Below the pieces are notes generated by a model. It was not told the DNA's origin. It searched no databases and saw only the letters and a list, made by a program, of their open reading frames with translations. The position numbers and the translations under genes were made by a program. DNA of 64,000 nt, from NCBI RefSeq assembly GCF_001194135.2, contig NC_068983.1, positions 93,020,709-93,084,708 on the forward strand, in the 5' to 3' direction. Position 1 is the first letter of the stretch. Each line of letters begins with the position of its first letter. Source of the DNA: Octopus bimaculoides. Lineage: Eukaryota. Shown here one piece after another: positions 53,242 through 64,000 of the stretch.

Positions 53242-56200
53242 AAGAATTACAGCGTGATGTGCTGCTTGACTGGTCCCCCCTCTCCCTCTCTCTCTCTCTC
53301 TCTCTCTTTATATATATNNNNNNNNNNNNNNNNNNNNNNNNNNNNNNNNNNNNNNNNNNNNNNNNNNNNNNNNNNNNNNNNNNNNNNNNNNNNNNNNNNN
53401 NNNNNNNNNNNNNNNNNNNNNNNNNNNNNNNNNNNNNNNNNNNNNNNNNNNNNNNNNNNNNNNNNNNNNNNNNNNNNNNNNNNNNNNNNNNNNNNNNNNN
53501 NNNNNNNNNNNNNNNNNNNNNNNNNNNNNNNNNNNNNNNNNNNNNNNNNNNNNNNNNNNNNNNNNNNNNNNNNNNNNNNNNNNNNNNNNNNNNNNNNNNN
53601 NNNNNNNNNNNNNNNNNNNNNNNNNNNNNNNNNNNNNNNNNNNNNNNNNNNNNNNNNATTTCTCAGCAAATATCAAGCCTGCCACATGGGATGTTGATAT
53701 TTATCTCCATCTTGTTAACCCACAAATAAAGAATCTTTATCCACCAATGTAGTGTTGAACATTCATTGTCATTGTTCAATGTTAACACACACATATATAT
53801 TCTAGAGTAGTTTTTATAAACAATTTTTAACTGAGGGTGTATCAGCACCCAGCTTCATACTCACACAAGATTTTTCACGCTTCTCCTAGACTACCCAGTT
53901 AAAATGTTCAATTAAAAAAAAAAAAACAAACAAAAAAACCCGCAGATCTGAATACACTGCAAAACCTATTTCTCTCATAATTAAACTGGTACTTCTAATG
54001 ATCAAAAATGAAGCTTGTGAAGAAGAAATTTTCCTCTGCATAGTAAATTATTGAGTGGGGTGGGGGTTGAGAACTCTTTCAAACTATTAGAAAGGTAAAA
54101 CTTTGTTCTCTGGTGAACACTTTCCAAGAACATTAAATTAAAAAAAAAAAAGACAAAAATTCTTAAAGATATTTGGAAAATATCTGTATATTCTGAGCTG
54201 TCATTAATGTTTATGAGACTGACATTTCACACATTCTAGGATTTTTTTCAAGTCACATTACAAATACACAGAAAAATAAACATTGGCATTTATCACAAAA
54301 TTAATAAAAAGGCTCAAACATTAGCTACCAAAGGTAAAACAGTTGATAGAACTGAATGTGTAGCACTATGTAAAATCTTGCATTTAAAGATCAAAAGGCT
54401 AATTTTTTAGCTGATTGCAAGAGCAGGATCATTAACCTGGCAAAAAGCAAACTGGGTTACATAGTTAGAAAACATTTTAGACATAATTATCTTAAAAATT
54501 AGTTACATCACATTTGCCTTTATGGATAAATAACTCAGCTGAAATTATTTGGTTTAACTAAATAGACAATAAATATACTTAAATATTCACCCACTTTGAC
54601 ACAGGAATTTTCGTCATCCATTTTATTATTTTTTTCAGGAAAGCTTTTAGGTTAAATATTATTATGATGAGTTATTTAATGTGGCTAAAGGCTTATACAA
54701 TGAGCTGAAGTTTGTTGGGTGGAACATTATATAATTTAGATTTGATTCAGATGTTCTATCCCAAAGATTTAGGCCTTTATAGAGATGATGGCCATATGTA
54801 TGACCATCACCTTGATAGATTTTTGAAAGATTTTTGCTTTAGAGAGTTTGAGAATTACAACTAATTCTTGTAGGAAGCCAAAGAAAAAATTGCAATTTAT
54901 AAATAAATTGCAATTTATAAATAAATCCTCCAGTTAATATCAGTCATCTGATAAAATATTGGATACAACATTTTCATCCGGAAAAATTTTACTCCTATGT
55001 ATTGGCTTACAACAACAATGCTTAAAAAGGGAGTACTTTTCATTTAGAAATATAGCACATTCTGTATAATACCTCACATAGCAGAACAGTTTTCTAGACT
55101 ATCTCAATTTATATCACTCAAAGAAATGGTAGTAAAAAACTTCCATTATATATTTACCACAATGTAATTATTACAATATTGACTCATAACCACTTGACAG
55201 AAAATAACTCAGTAAGGAGTTGGCACAGTTATCAGATTACAGAGAAAGGATTTAGATTAATGAGAACAGACTTTTAAAAGTGAATATATTCAGCATACAT
55301 ATTCTTTTAGGTATCCATAGAAAATAAATATTTCTCTATCACAGCATGTCTAGAGACCGAATGATGTACTATGAACTTGATTTACTGTAATCAGTATTCA
55401 AATTTGTAAAACTATATTCTGGAGATTCTAGATTATGTTACCTGTGCACCTAAGTAAGTTTTCATACTAGGAATTTCATTCACTTTTCAATTTGTAAGAA
55501 TGAAACAAGCACATTCTATGGTGTTATATTCTAATTACAGGCTAAATATTATTTACTTACTTACAGGTGCAATTTATTTGAAATTTAAAAGCTTTTTTTG
55601 TTTTTGAAATACTTTAAATATTCGGAATCTTTGTGTCGAAGGCATTCTGTTAAGTTAAGTGTTGTTCATAGAAATTGTCTACGAAAACTACAGAATTTTG
55701 GTAAAGTGATATATTCTTTTATAAAAAAAAAAAAGGAAAAAGAACATAAATCTGTTTTGTCTATTGAATTTTGTATATAACTTTGTTATTATTTAAGGAT
55801 TGATCAACTGTTTTCCATGTGCTGTTAACACTTATGCCTTCCTCTCCATTTCTTCATTTTCTTTCTATTTTTATTTTGTGACATTTCTGAGTCTCTCTGA
55901 CTTATATACTTTCATGCATTTATTTCCCTCTCTCCTCTTCTCTGCATAACAACAAGCCTATTTTTGTTCTCTTTTCTTTTCAACCTAATTTTATATTTTT
56001 CCATACTGTCTTCTAGTATTGTTTTATCATAATGTATCAATATGCAAACACATGCTATCCACCTCAAATTCTTTCTTTTCGCCCTTCTGCTTATTCATTT
56101 CTTTCTGTTTTTCTATATTCTATCCATTTTTGTATGCATGTAATTCCCTGACTGGTTTCTTTTTTCCTGCCGACAGTTTTCTTATTTTGATCTTATTTCC

Positions 56201-56649
56201 AATAAATTTCTAGTTATTTTTATCCATAACATTATAACTATATGCTTTGTCAACTGTTTTAATTTAAATATAACATTTTAAATTGTAGGTCTTTAAATAC
56301 AAAAATCTTAGTTTTGATCAAATTTATACTCCCTACAAATAAAATTTTAGGCATGATGAAAAGATTTAGACTAATAATGGTGTAAAATTTCAGTGTTTAA
56401 TTAAAGTGCATAATTGCATATGTACATGTGCATTATGTAGAGAACTACCAATAATTTTAAAAGGTAAGATTTTGGGCTTAAAGAAACACTAATTACAATA
56501 TTTCCCCACTGTTTGTTACCTATATCCTTCATTGTCTTCAAGACTAGAACAACTTTTCAATCAACAACTATCAATTGCAACAAACATGAATATCTATGGT
56601 ATCTTTAATATAACAATAACATAAATAATTTTATTCTTAGCCTTCATAA

Positions 56650-57180
56650 ACAAACAACAGTATGCTGGAACAATGGAGAAATAAGATGGAGATGAAGAAA
56701 CTATAATGATATTAACATATTACATAAGATAAACACCAACACACAAGGGCATATAAAAACACTATACTGATGAAGGCACAACAGGGTGTGTGTAAGTGGG
56801 AGATAGAGAAAGAAAGGGAAACTCTAAACAGACAACAATAAACACAAATCAGTGGTGCCCCAACAGCGAGATGAGAAAAATGATGGAGGTTAACAAACAA
56901 AAGAGCCTAACATACACCAGGAGCATGAACAAAGAACATAGAGAAATTAACTTTCTATAAAGAATGGGACATAGAACAAAGAAACATACAGAATAGAGGG
57001 GTGAACACAGAATAGAGATGAACAAACAACAGAGAAATGAACAAATGCAAGAGATTAATACACAAGGTCATGAGGAAAGCACAGAAAGATGAAAACACAA
57101 TGGAGAAATGAACACACAACAGAAGAGATGAACAAATAACTGAGAAACAACAATTAATAAATGAGTAATACTGAGATTGA
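56650..57180. repeat. Degenerate A/G-rich low-complexity repeat (gagaaatgaacaa-like units)
   Basis: Strong purine bias on + strand with recurring gaacaaa/gagaaat words. Confidence 0.5.
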
Positions 57181-57587
57181 ATCAATTTTTGTATATTGCA
57201 AATTTCAGAATACTTTTTTTTTTTTAGATAATAATCATCTTTTTCAAGTCAAGGTGTCTATAAAGTGAGTGCTTATCTTTCATTTTTATTAAATAAATGG
57301 TAGACAAATAATCACTTGGATAGGCTATTGGTTCATTGTAATTATTTTTTTTACTATGGGAAGAATTGAATTAAATGCATAAAATTAGTGTATCAGACAT
57401 CAATTTTACTGTGCAGTAACTGCTTACAGTGGCCAATTATAAAATCTCATAGTACCTGTTTACAGTAAGGTGGGCTGCACCTTGGTAGCTATTTGTCTTT
57501 TCCACAAACATAAAGCTGTACCACCAGCAAGATATAAATTGCTGAGCTGCTGGGCTAGTTGTTTGTTCATCATTTCATTCAACCATT

Positions 57588-58457
57588 TACAAGGTAATAT
57601 CAAAGAGTTCCCAGACTAGTTATGTTAAATAAAAAGTAACTTATTTACCTACATTTTAACATCATTTCCTTTGAAATAGTCACCTTGTGCCACAATACAC
57701 TAGTCCCAGCATTCCTGCCACTTTCAGAATCTGGCCTGGAAGTCATTTTCTGTAAGCAAGTCAAGGACCATCTGCAATTTGCTCTGGATCTCAACAATGA
57801 TGTTAAAATGGCAACTTTTGAGCACCATTTTCATCTTGGGGAAGGGATGGAGTCTGCAGGTGCTAAATCTGGTGAATAGGGTGGGTGCGGAAGTGATATC
57901 ATGTTGTCTTTGGAGAGAAACTCGAAGTAGGAGAGCTTGGTGACAGGGTGCATGGTCGTCATGAAGAATCCAAACATTAGGATTGCCTGCATGGACCCAT
58001 ATGACAGACCAACAACATCGGTAATGTCATTGATTGTCCTCCAATGATCCTCATGCACAAGCTGATGAATTTTCTCCACATTTCTCAGATTGCTCATCAT
58101 CTTCCAGGGACATTCTTCTGCTTTTGAAGCACTTATGTTACTCAAAACGTGTACAACTCATTGCCATAAGCTTGTCGAAGCATACTCAATGTCTCTGCAG
58201 CAGACTTCCCACATTTAATGCAAAATTTCATGTCTGCCCTTTGTTCCAACTTCCTGTCCATAACACAAATCACAGATAACAGCATACACATAATCATAAA
58301 AATACAAATCTTACGACTTGCAAAGTAAACACAACAATGTCACTTAACACACTGCCTCATGAAGGTCACTGCTAGCTCTCACTGTGCACACAACCATATG
58401 CTTCCATCTGTTGTTGCACTACAGAACTTGTCTTAGAAGTTTTTATACCACCTCGCA
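57588..58457 (-). mobile_element. Internally deleted mariner (DD34D-type) element
   Basis: ~33-bp TIRs tacaaggtaatatcaaagagttcccagactagt / acttgtcttagaagtttttataccacctcgca. Transposase relics RTINDITDVVGLSYGS and HPPYSPDLAPAD (ORF 57831..58145). Confidence 0.88.
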
Positions 58458-59609
58458 CATTCTCAAAGCTAACAATAATATGAAAATAAAATTTTGTAGA
58501 AAGGTAACATGAAACCTTGACATATCTAAAATTCACACAAGATGCAATATTTTCATTTACCTTTGCTAGACAATTACTTCTTGAACGGCTTAATATATCA
58601 GGTAAACCTAATGTAGTGTTGTTACAATTGACAGATAACTGATACAGGATTTAGATATGGCCTTCACATGCAATACACCTAATTGAACTGTTGACTATTG
58701 GGTTATCACACATATTTTATTGATCCTGGAATATTAAACAACTGATCAATTACAACTGATCCATTTTAATCCAGTCAATAAGTTAATGAATATAGATTTA
58801 TGTTGGGGAAACTTACAATACTGGATACTCTAGGTAATCCACATAAATAAAGCAGCCCCAACACAAAGAAAATACATCTATGCTGGTGATAAGGTAGTCA
58901 TTGGCTTACTGGATAGAATACCTCACAATATTTGTTGACACTCAATACTGAGTTCAAACTCTGTTGGGAGACAACTTTGCTGTTCATCAGAGTAAGTGGC
59001 TGTGTGATTAAGAAGGTCACTTTGCAACCACATGGTTTTGGATTCAGTCCCACTATGAAGCACCTCAGGCAAGTGTCTTCTATTATAGCCCTGGATTAAC
59101 CAATGCCTTGTGAGTGAATTCAATAGACAGAAACTGTGAGAAAGCCATAAGTACCAGATCAAAAAAAAAAAAGTGCTCCAGCATGACTGCAGTCAAATGA
59201 CTGAAACAAGTAAAAAATAAGATATCCAAGGTGGTAGACTGGCAGACCTGTAAGAACATTGAACCAGAAACCTTGTTCTTTATGTTCTGAGTTCAAATGC
59301 TGCTATAACCTAATTGGGTGATAGACTTGATCTATCATCCAGTTTAACATTGCCACCTGGCACTTACGATGCTTTTAGTAAAGTCTGCTCTGCTGCAAGC
59401 ATTCAGGCCAGGTTTCTAGTTTGAAGTACCTTTCTCTGTAGCTAAATAAAACAACAACAGTGGGATATGAAAACCACTTAAAAGTAAGAAAGAAAAGGGA
59501 AACTACACTGAAGAAACAAAAATTAAGTAAAGACAAAATAAGAGATATAGCTATAAAAAAAAAAGAAACAAAAACAGAAAAACAAGCTTGTGAGTAGTGN
59601 NNNNNNNNN

Positions 59610-59986
59610 GGGAAAATGAGTGAGAAAAGCCACTCTTGCTTATATCTAATAAGCCTCAACAGAGAGGAATCAAGCAAAATTCAATGCCAACAATGGTTCA
59701 ATAGCACTGGACTAAAAGCAGAAATAGAAGGTCCAATTCTAACAGCACAAGTCCAATGCTTAGGCACAAAAATGTACAAAACTAAAGTGAAAAAAGATAC
59801 TAACATCAGGTATAGACTACATTACTAGTACAATGAGACAGTTGACCTCATTAGTTCTTCTAACTGCTGCACTAACTATGATAACTATGATAAATTATGA
59901 ACAAAACATACAAGTTTAGAATGTTATACACAGTCCAAAAGACAGTCCTACTAGGTACAGCACAAGCCTACTCAAGACACTTTTAA
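59610..59986 (+). mobile_element. R4/Dong-like (restriction-like endonuclease) non-LTR retrotransposon 3' relic
   Basis: ORF 59616..59828 QWFNSTGLKAEIEGPILTAQVQCLGT..RYRLHY*YNETVD resembles WLxxxxLKxETEGxIxAAQxQ..CRxC..ETxDH; ends VQKTVLLGTA. Confidence 0.68.
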
Positions 59987-60565
59987 TTCACTAGTAGAAC
60001 TTAAACAGAACACTATCGGCATATAAAAAAAAAACATACTCTCAACATTACCACATAAAATAACACAATAAATGTATCACCAAACAATATAACAGTACAT
60101 ACTCTCTACAATCAACATCCAACTACGTAATACATATTCTTAAATGATCAATGCTAGACACTATAAAACAAGCAACTCACATTCTATATAACTGCCATTC
60201 ATTAATGTTATAAATACACCACCTGACACTAAAACACATAATATTAACTACATACTAATAAAGCCCACAACAACAAAAAGAAAAACAATCAAAAAACAAA
60301 CTAATGAAGTATACATGCCCAAAAGACAATGCTCCATACACTATTAGAACACAGAGGTGCATCTGGTGGGAGCAGGAGAAACATGCACAAGGCTGTTTTA
60401 AACATGACAACAACAACACAATTTCTTATTTCGTCAGAAGGCCAGCAATTTTGAGGAGAGGTGTGGGTTAATCAATTACATTGGTCACAGTACCTGATTG
60501 GTTTTTATTTTATTGATCCTGGAAAGATGAAAGGTAAAACTGGCCTTGGTGGGATTTGAACTTAG

Positions 60566-60603
<38 letters not shown>

Positions 60604-60843
60604 GAGAAATATTGCAAAGATTTTAGCCTGATACTGTAATAATTCTATAATACATTTCCCTAATAATTTTGTAGGGAAAAGTTAATAAAATTTCCTCCAG
60701 TACTTACTGGTATTTATTGGTTCAAGAAGAATGAAAGGCAATGTTGACCTCAGTGGGATTTAAATGGTAGGCATTTAACCAATGCTTTAGCAACACTTCC
60801 AATCCAATACTCTAACAACACAAACAACAATAACATAACTTAC

Positions 60844-60922
60844 TGTTTCGCACAATGTCTTTGATTATAGTCTTCTCGCTTGAAATGCTATATACAATAT
60901 GGCCTTCAGAATTCAATTTAAC
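60844..60922 (-). CDS. Exon of Caspr/Neurexin-IV/axotactin-family gene, LamG domain (VKLNSEGHIVYSISSEKTIIKDIVRN), 79 nt, phase 0 to 1
   Basis: Minus-strand acceptor ctaatttctttcag, donor gtaagt, no stops. The trailing A joins the AT of exon 50959-51114 to give ...IVRN-N-DVES..., in frame. Confidence 0.8.
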
Positions 60923-62299
60923 CTGAAAGAAATTAGATGTTTGATTTAAATAAACACTGATGTACTTTTATGTACATGCACACACAAGAATCTGTTAAAG
61001 TATATTCTTTAGTTGGTGGTGTAGCAAGAAGGAAACTCAATATAGCCTAGCATAATTAATTGACAGATGCCAAGTTAAATGTTCTGGCTGGAGTAATTTA
61101 AGTGATGTACATATGTCATGCTTTAGCCTGATTGGGATCACACTGCATGTTATGATACTGTGTTTGGTAATGCAAGTGAGTGGTGCTGTATAGAAATCAT
61201 TGCCTTTTCAATCTAATTTTCTGTCCAACCTGGAAGTTTAGATAGAAAAAAGTTGTGGTGCCAGTTGGTACCTCAGAGCACCCAATTCTCTAGGATTTAT
61301 CAAGAGTTATTAGAAACATAGTATACTATATGATAATTAGTTAAGGAGTCTTGAACTGAAATACAGAAAAAAAATTTCTATGAAAGTATAACCTTCAACA
61401 AAATATAACTTCTTTATCATTTAAAATAAATATAAAAGATTTTTTTTCTATGTGACTAAAAACATCAGAAATATGATAAAATAATCCTTGGTGTTTTCAT
61501 TTCTTCATCTTTATTTGTCTGATTCTTTTATTATTGGCTATTTACATTGTGATACTGCAATGAACTGTGACTAAAGTTTACATCAACCAATATCTACCCA
61601 CCTTCTACTAAATAATATATATATATATATANNNNNNNNNNNNNNNNNNNNNNNNNNNNNNNNNNNNNNNNNNNNNNNNNNNNNNNNNNNNNNNNNNNNN
61701 NNNNNNNNNNNNNNNNNNNNNNNNNNNNNNNNNNNNNNNNNNNNNNNNNNNNNNNNNNNNNNNNNNNNNNNNNNNNNNNNNNNNNNNNNNNNNNNNNNNN
61801 NNNNNNNNNNNNNNNNNNNNNNNNNNNNNNNNNNNNNNNNNNNNNNNNNNNNNNNNNNNNNNNNNNNNNNNNNNNNNNNNNNNNNNNNNNNNNNNNNNNN
61901 NNNNNNNNNNNNNNNNNNNNNNNNNNNNNNNNNNNNNNNNNNNNNNNNNNNNNNNNNNNNNNNNNNNNNNNNNNNNNNNNNNNNNNNNNNNNNNNNNNNN
62001 NNNNNNNNNNNNNNNNNNNNNNNNNNNNNNNNNNNNNNNNNNNNNNNNNNNNNNNNNNNNNNNNNNNNNNNNNNNNNNNNNNNNNNNNNNNNNNNNNNNN
62101 NNNNNNNNNNNNNNNNNNNNNNNNNNNNNNNNNNNNNNNNNNNNNNNNNNNNNNNNNNNNNNNNNNNNNNNNNNNNNNNNNNNNNNNNNNNNNNNNNNNN
62201 NNNNNNNNNNNNNNNNNNNNNNNNNNNNNNNNNNNNNNNNNNNNNNNNNNNNNNNNNNNNNNNNNNNNNNNNNNNNNNNNNNNNNNNNNNNNNNNNNNN

Positions 62300-62344
<45 letters not shown>

Positions 62345-63956
62345 TACAGTTGAAATTTCATTATCTTTTAATTATTCAGCATAAATTATTAAAGTGGCAA
62401 TGAAATTGTTTAAAATGTGGAAGCAACACAGAATGAAAAGTCTAATTTGAAATGGTTTGGAGTTTATACATAGTTATTAAAGAAATATATTTCATACAAT
62501 ATTGCAGGCTAATTTTATCATATAAACATTATACAGCAAATTGTACTTTAAAGATGGGCAAACTACATTTTTCTGAAACTTTTATAAAGATGATGGAGAC
62601 TATATAGGCATTATAACTGAAATTAACAGAAAGAAAAGAGATTAAATTCAAACACACATTTAATTTGATTTCATACAGTACTTCCAACTAATCTGTTTCT
62701 ATATTATTTCCTAAGACTTTTGAAGGGATAATTAAATTGTACAAAAGGTGATCATCTGGGTTATGTACAATCAAATTACTTCCTGTTGAAATGGTTTAAA
62801 AGTAATCACTCAAACATTTCACAACTGGTGACCACAACAGACAATAATCAAATTCATGGGTGAAGAAAGCACATCAGCTGAATTGCAATAGATCTTCTAA
62901 AGAGTTATTACAAAGTCTCATAAAATATATATATATATCATACAAATACAAAAACAATATAATTGAAGCTGAATGTTATGTGTGATTTGGTATTTCCTGA
63001 AGTTATTTCACTATTTCATGAATTATTAAAATGGAGTTTTCATTCAGATAGAATTCTGGCATAATTCTTCTATGTCTTAAGACAGTGTCCTGGTGTCACT
63101 TCTCTTCATCATCTGATTTAATAAATTTATAGAAACAATATTATCAGGTAAACTATATTCACATTGAAAATTCCAAAGAGTATCTACAAGAGGACACCAA
63201 TGAACTTGACAACTAGAGTCATAGAGTAAGAGGCTTGTGAATGCTCTTACTCTGACAATCAAAGTGGTGGTGAGAGAAGTGAGAGCTATGCCAGCCAAGG
63301 TCTTTCAAAATATAATTGTTGTAGCTGAAGCTACTTTTCTATTTGTTGTTTCTGTTGAGAATAAGATTGCTGTTACAGATCATAATTTTGTGATATTTCA
63401 AACACAGTTAAAATGCTATGGGAGATCATTAAATTTGAATATTTCATTTTGGCTCAGAAACATCAAGAAATAATTAATGACATAAAATACCTGCCAGGGA
63501 AGATCTGTAATGATCTTGAAAAAAAAAAAAACTCTTTTTCTTTTTCACATACACAAATATACAGAGCTTTTTTTAAAATTACTGAAGAAAGCATTTCAAC
63601 ATACAGAAATATTAAAAAAATTGTTTCCAGCAGATTGATACACATTATTATACAAGATTCCACTTTACAATACTGAAAATGTTATATCTTAGAAAACACT
63701 AGAAAATAAAACCAAACCAAAGTAGTTACTTAATGACATATTTTCGGGAAAGAAAAAATTTTAAGTGATATATTATATTACTAATTAGGAAATTTGTCAT
63801 TTTCCTTGGCTGACTATTCTTCATAAAATAAACTGTTGTAAGTGAAATTAACGTCATAATTATCTCTATAAGGCACCAACTCCAACATTTTACATAAGCC
63901 AATAGCAGAACACAGATAATCCTAGTCTTTCTTTTCTGATTTGCCCTTTACACACA

Positions 63957-64000
<44 letters not shown>

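Noticed and set aside
63242-63325. Minus-strand YNNYILKDLGWHS segment resembling LamG
   Set aside because: Weak acceptor and ends in phase 1, whereas the next exon (60922) needs phase 0.
1-64000. CRISPR arrays, rRNA or bona fide tRNA genes
   Set aside because: None seen. tRNA-like heads all belong to SINEs, and the repeats are eukaryotic TEs or satellites.

Overview
AT-rich, repeat-dense animal genomic DNA with six assembly gaps. The repeat content suggests an octopus (inference from RTE LINEs with (CAT)n tails and typical tRNA-SINE families). The only host gene I can support is a minus-strand Caspr/Neurexin-IV/axotactin-family adhesion gene. It has five phase-compatible GT-AG exons (60844-60922, 50959-51114, 47425-47560, 47031-47137, 45043-45177) encoding about 204 aa of LamG-EGF-fibrinogen-like domains; none is called as this product by the ORF track. 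No next canonical exon was found in the remaining 45 kb. The rest is mostly transposon debris: RTE, CR1/L2-group and R4/Dong-like LINEs, DD37D (maT) and mariner DNA transposons, two MITEs with TSDs, SINE clusters and microsatellites. The most notable structure is a ~530-bp near-perfect inverted repeat (5833-6363) whose arms each carry a minimal type-I hammerhead ribozyme motif of the Penelope-like-element kind, one per strand. Also present are a decayed hammerhead at 13118, a crosswise-paired double-motif element at 27215-27431, two more long fold-backs (37776-38279, 49683-49888) and a MITE-interrupted ORF relic at 558-1455.
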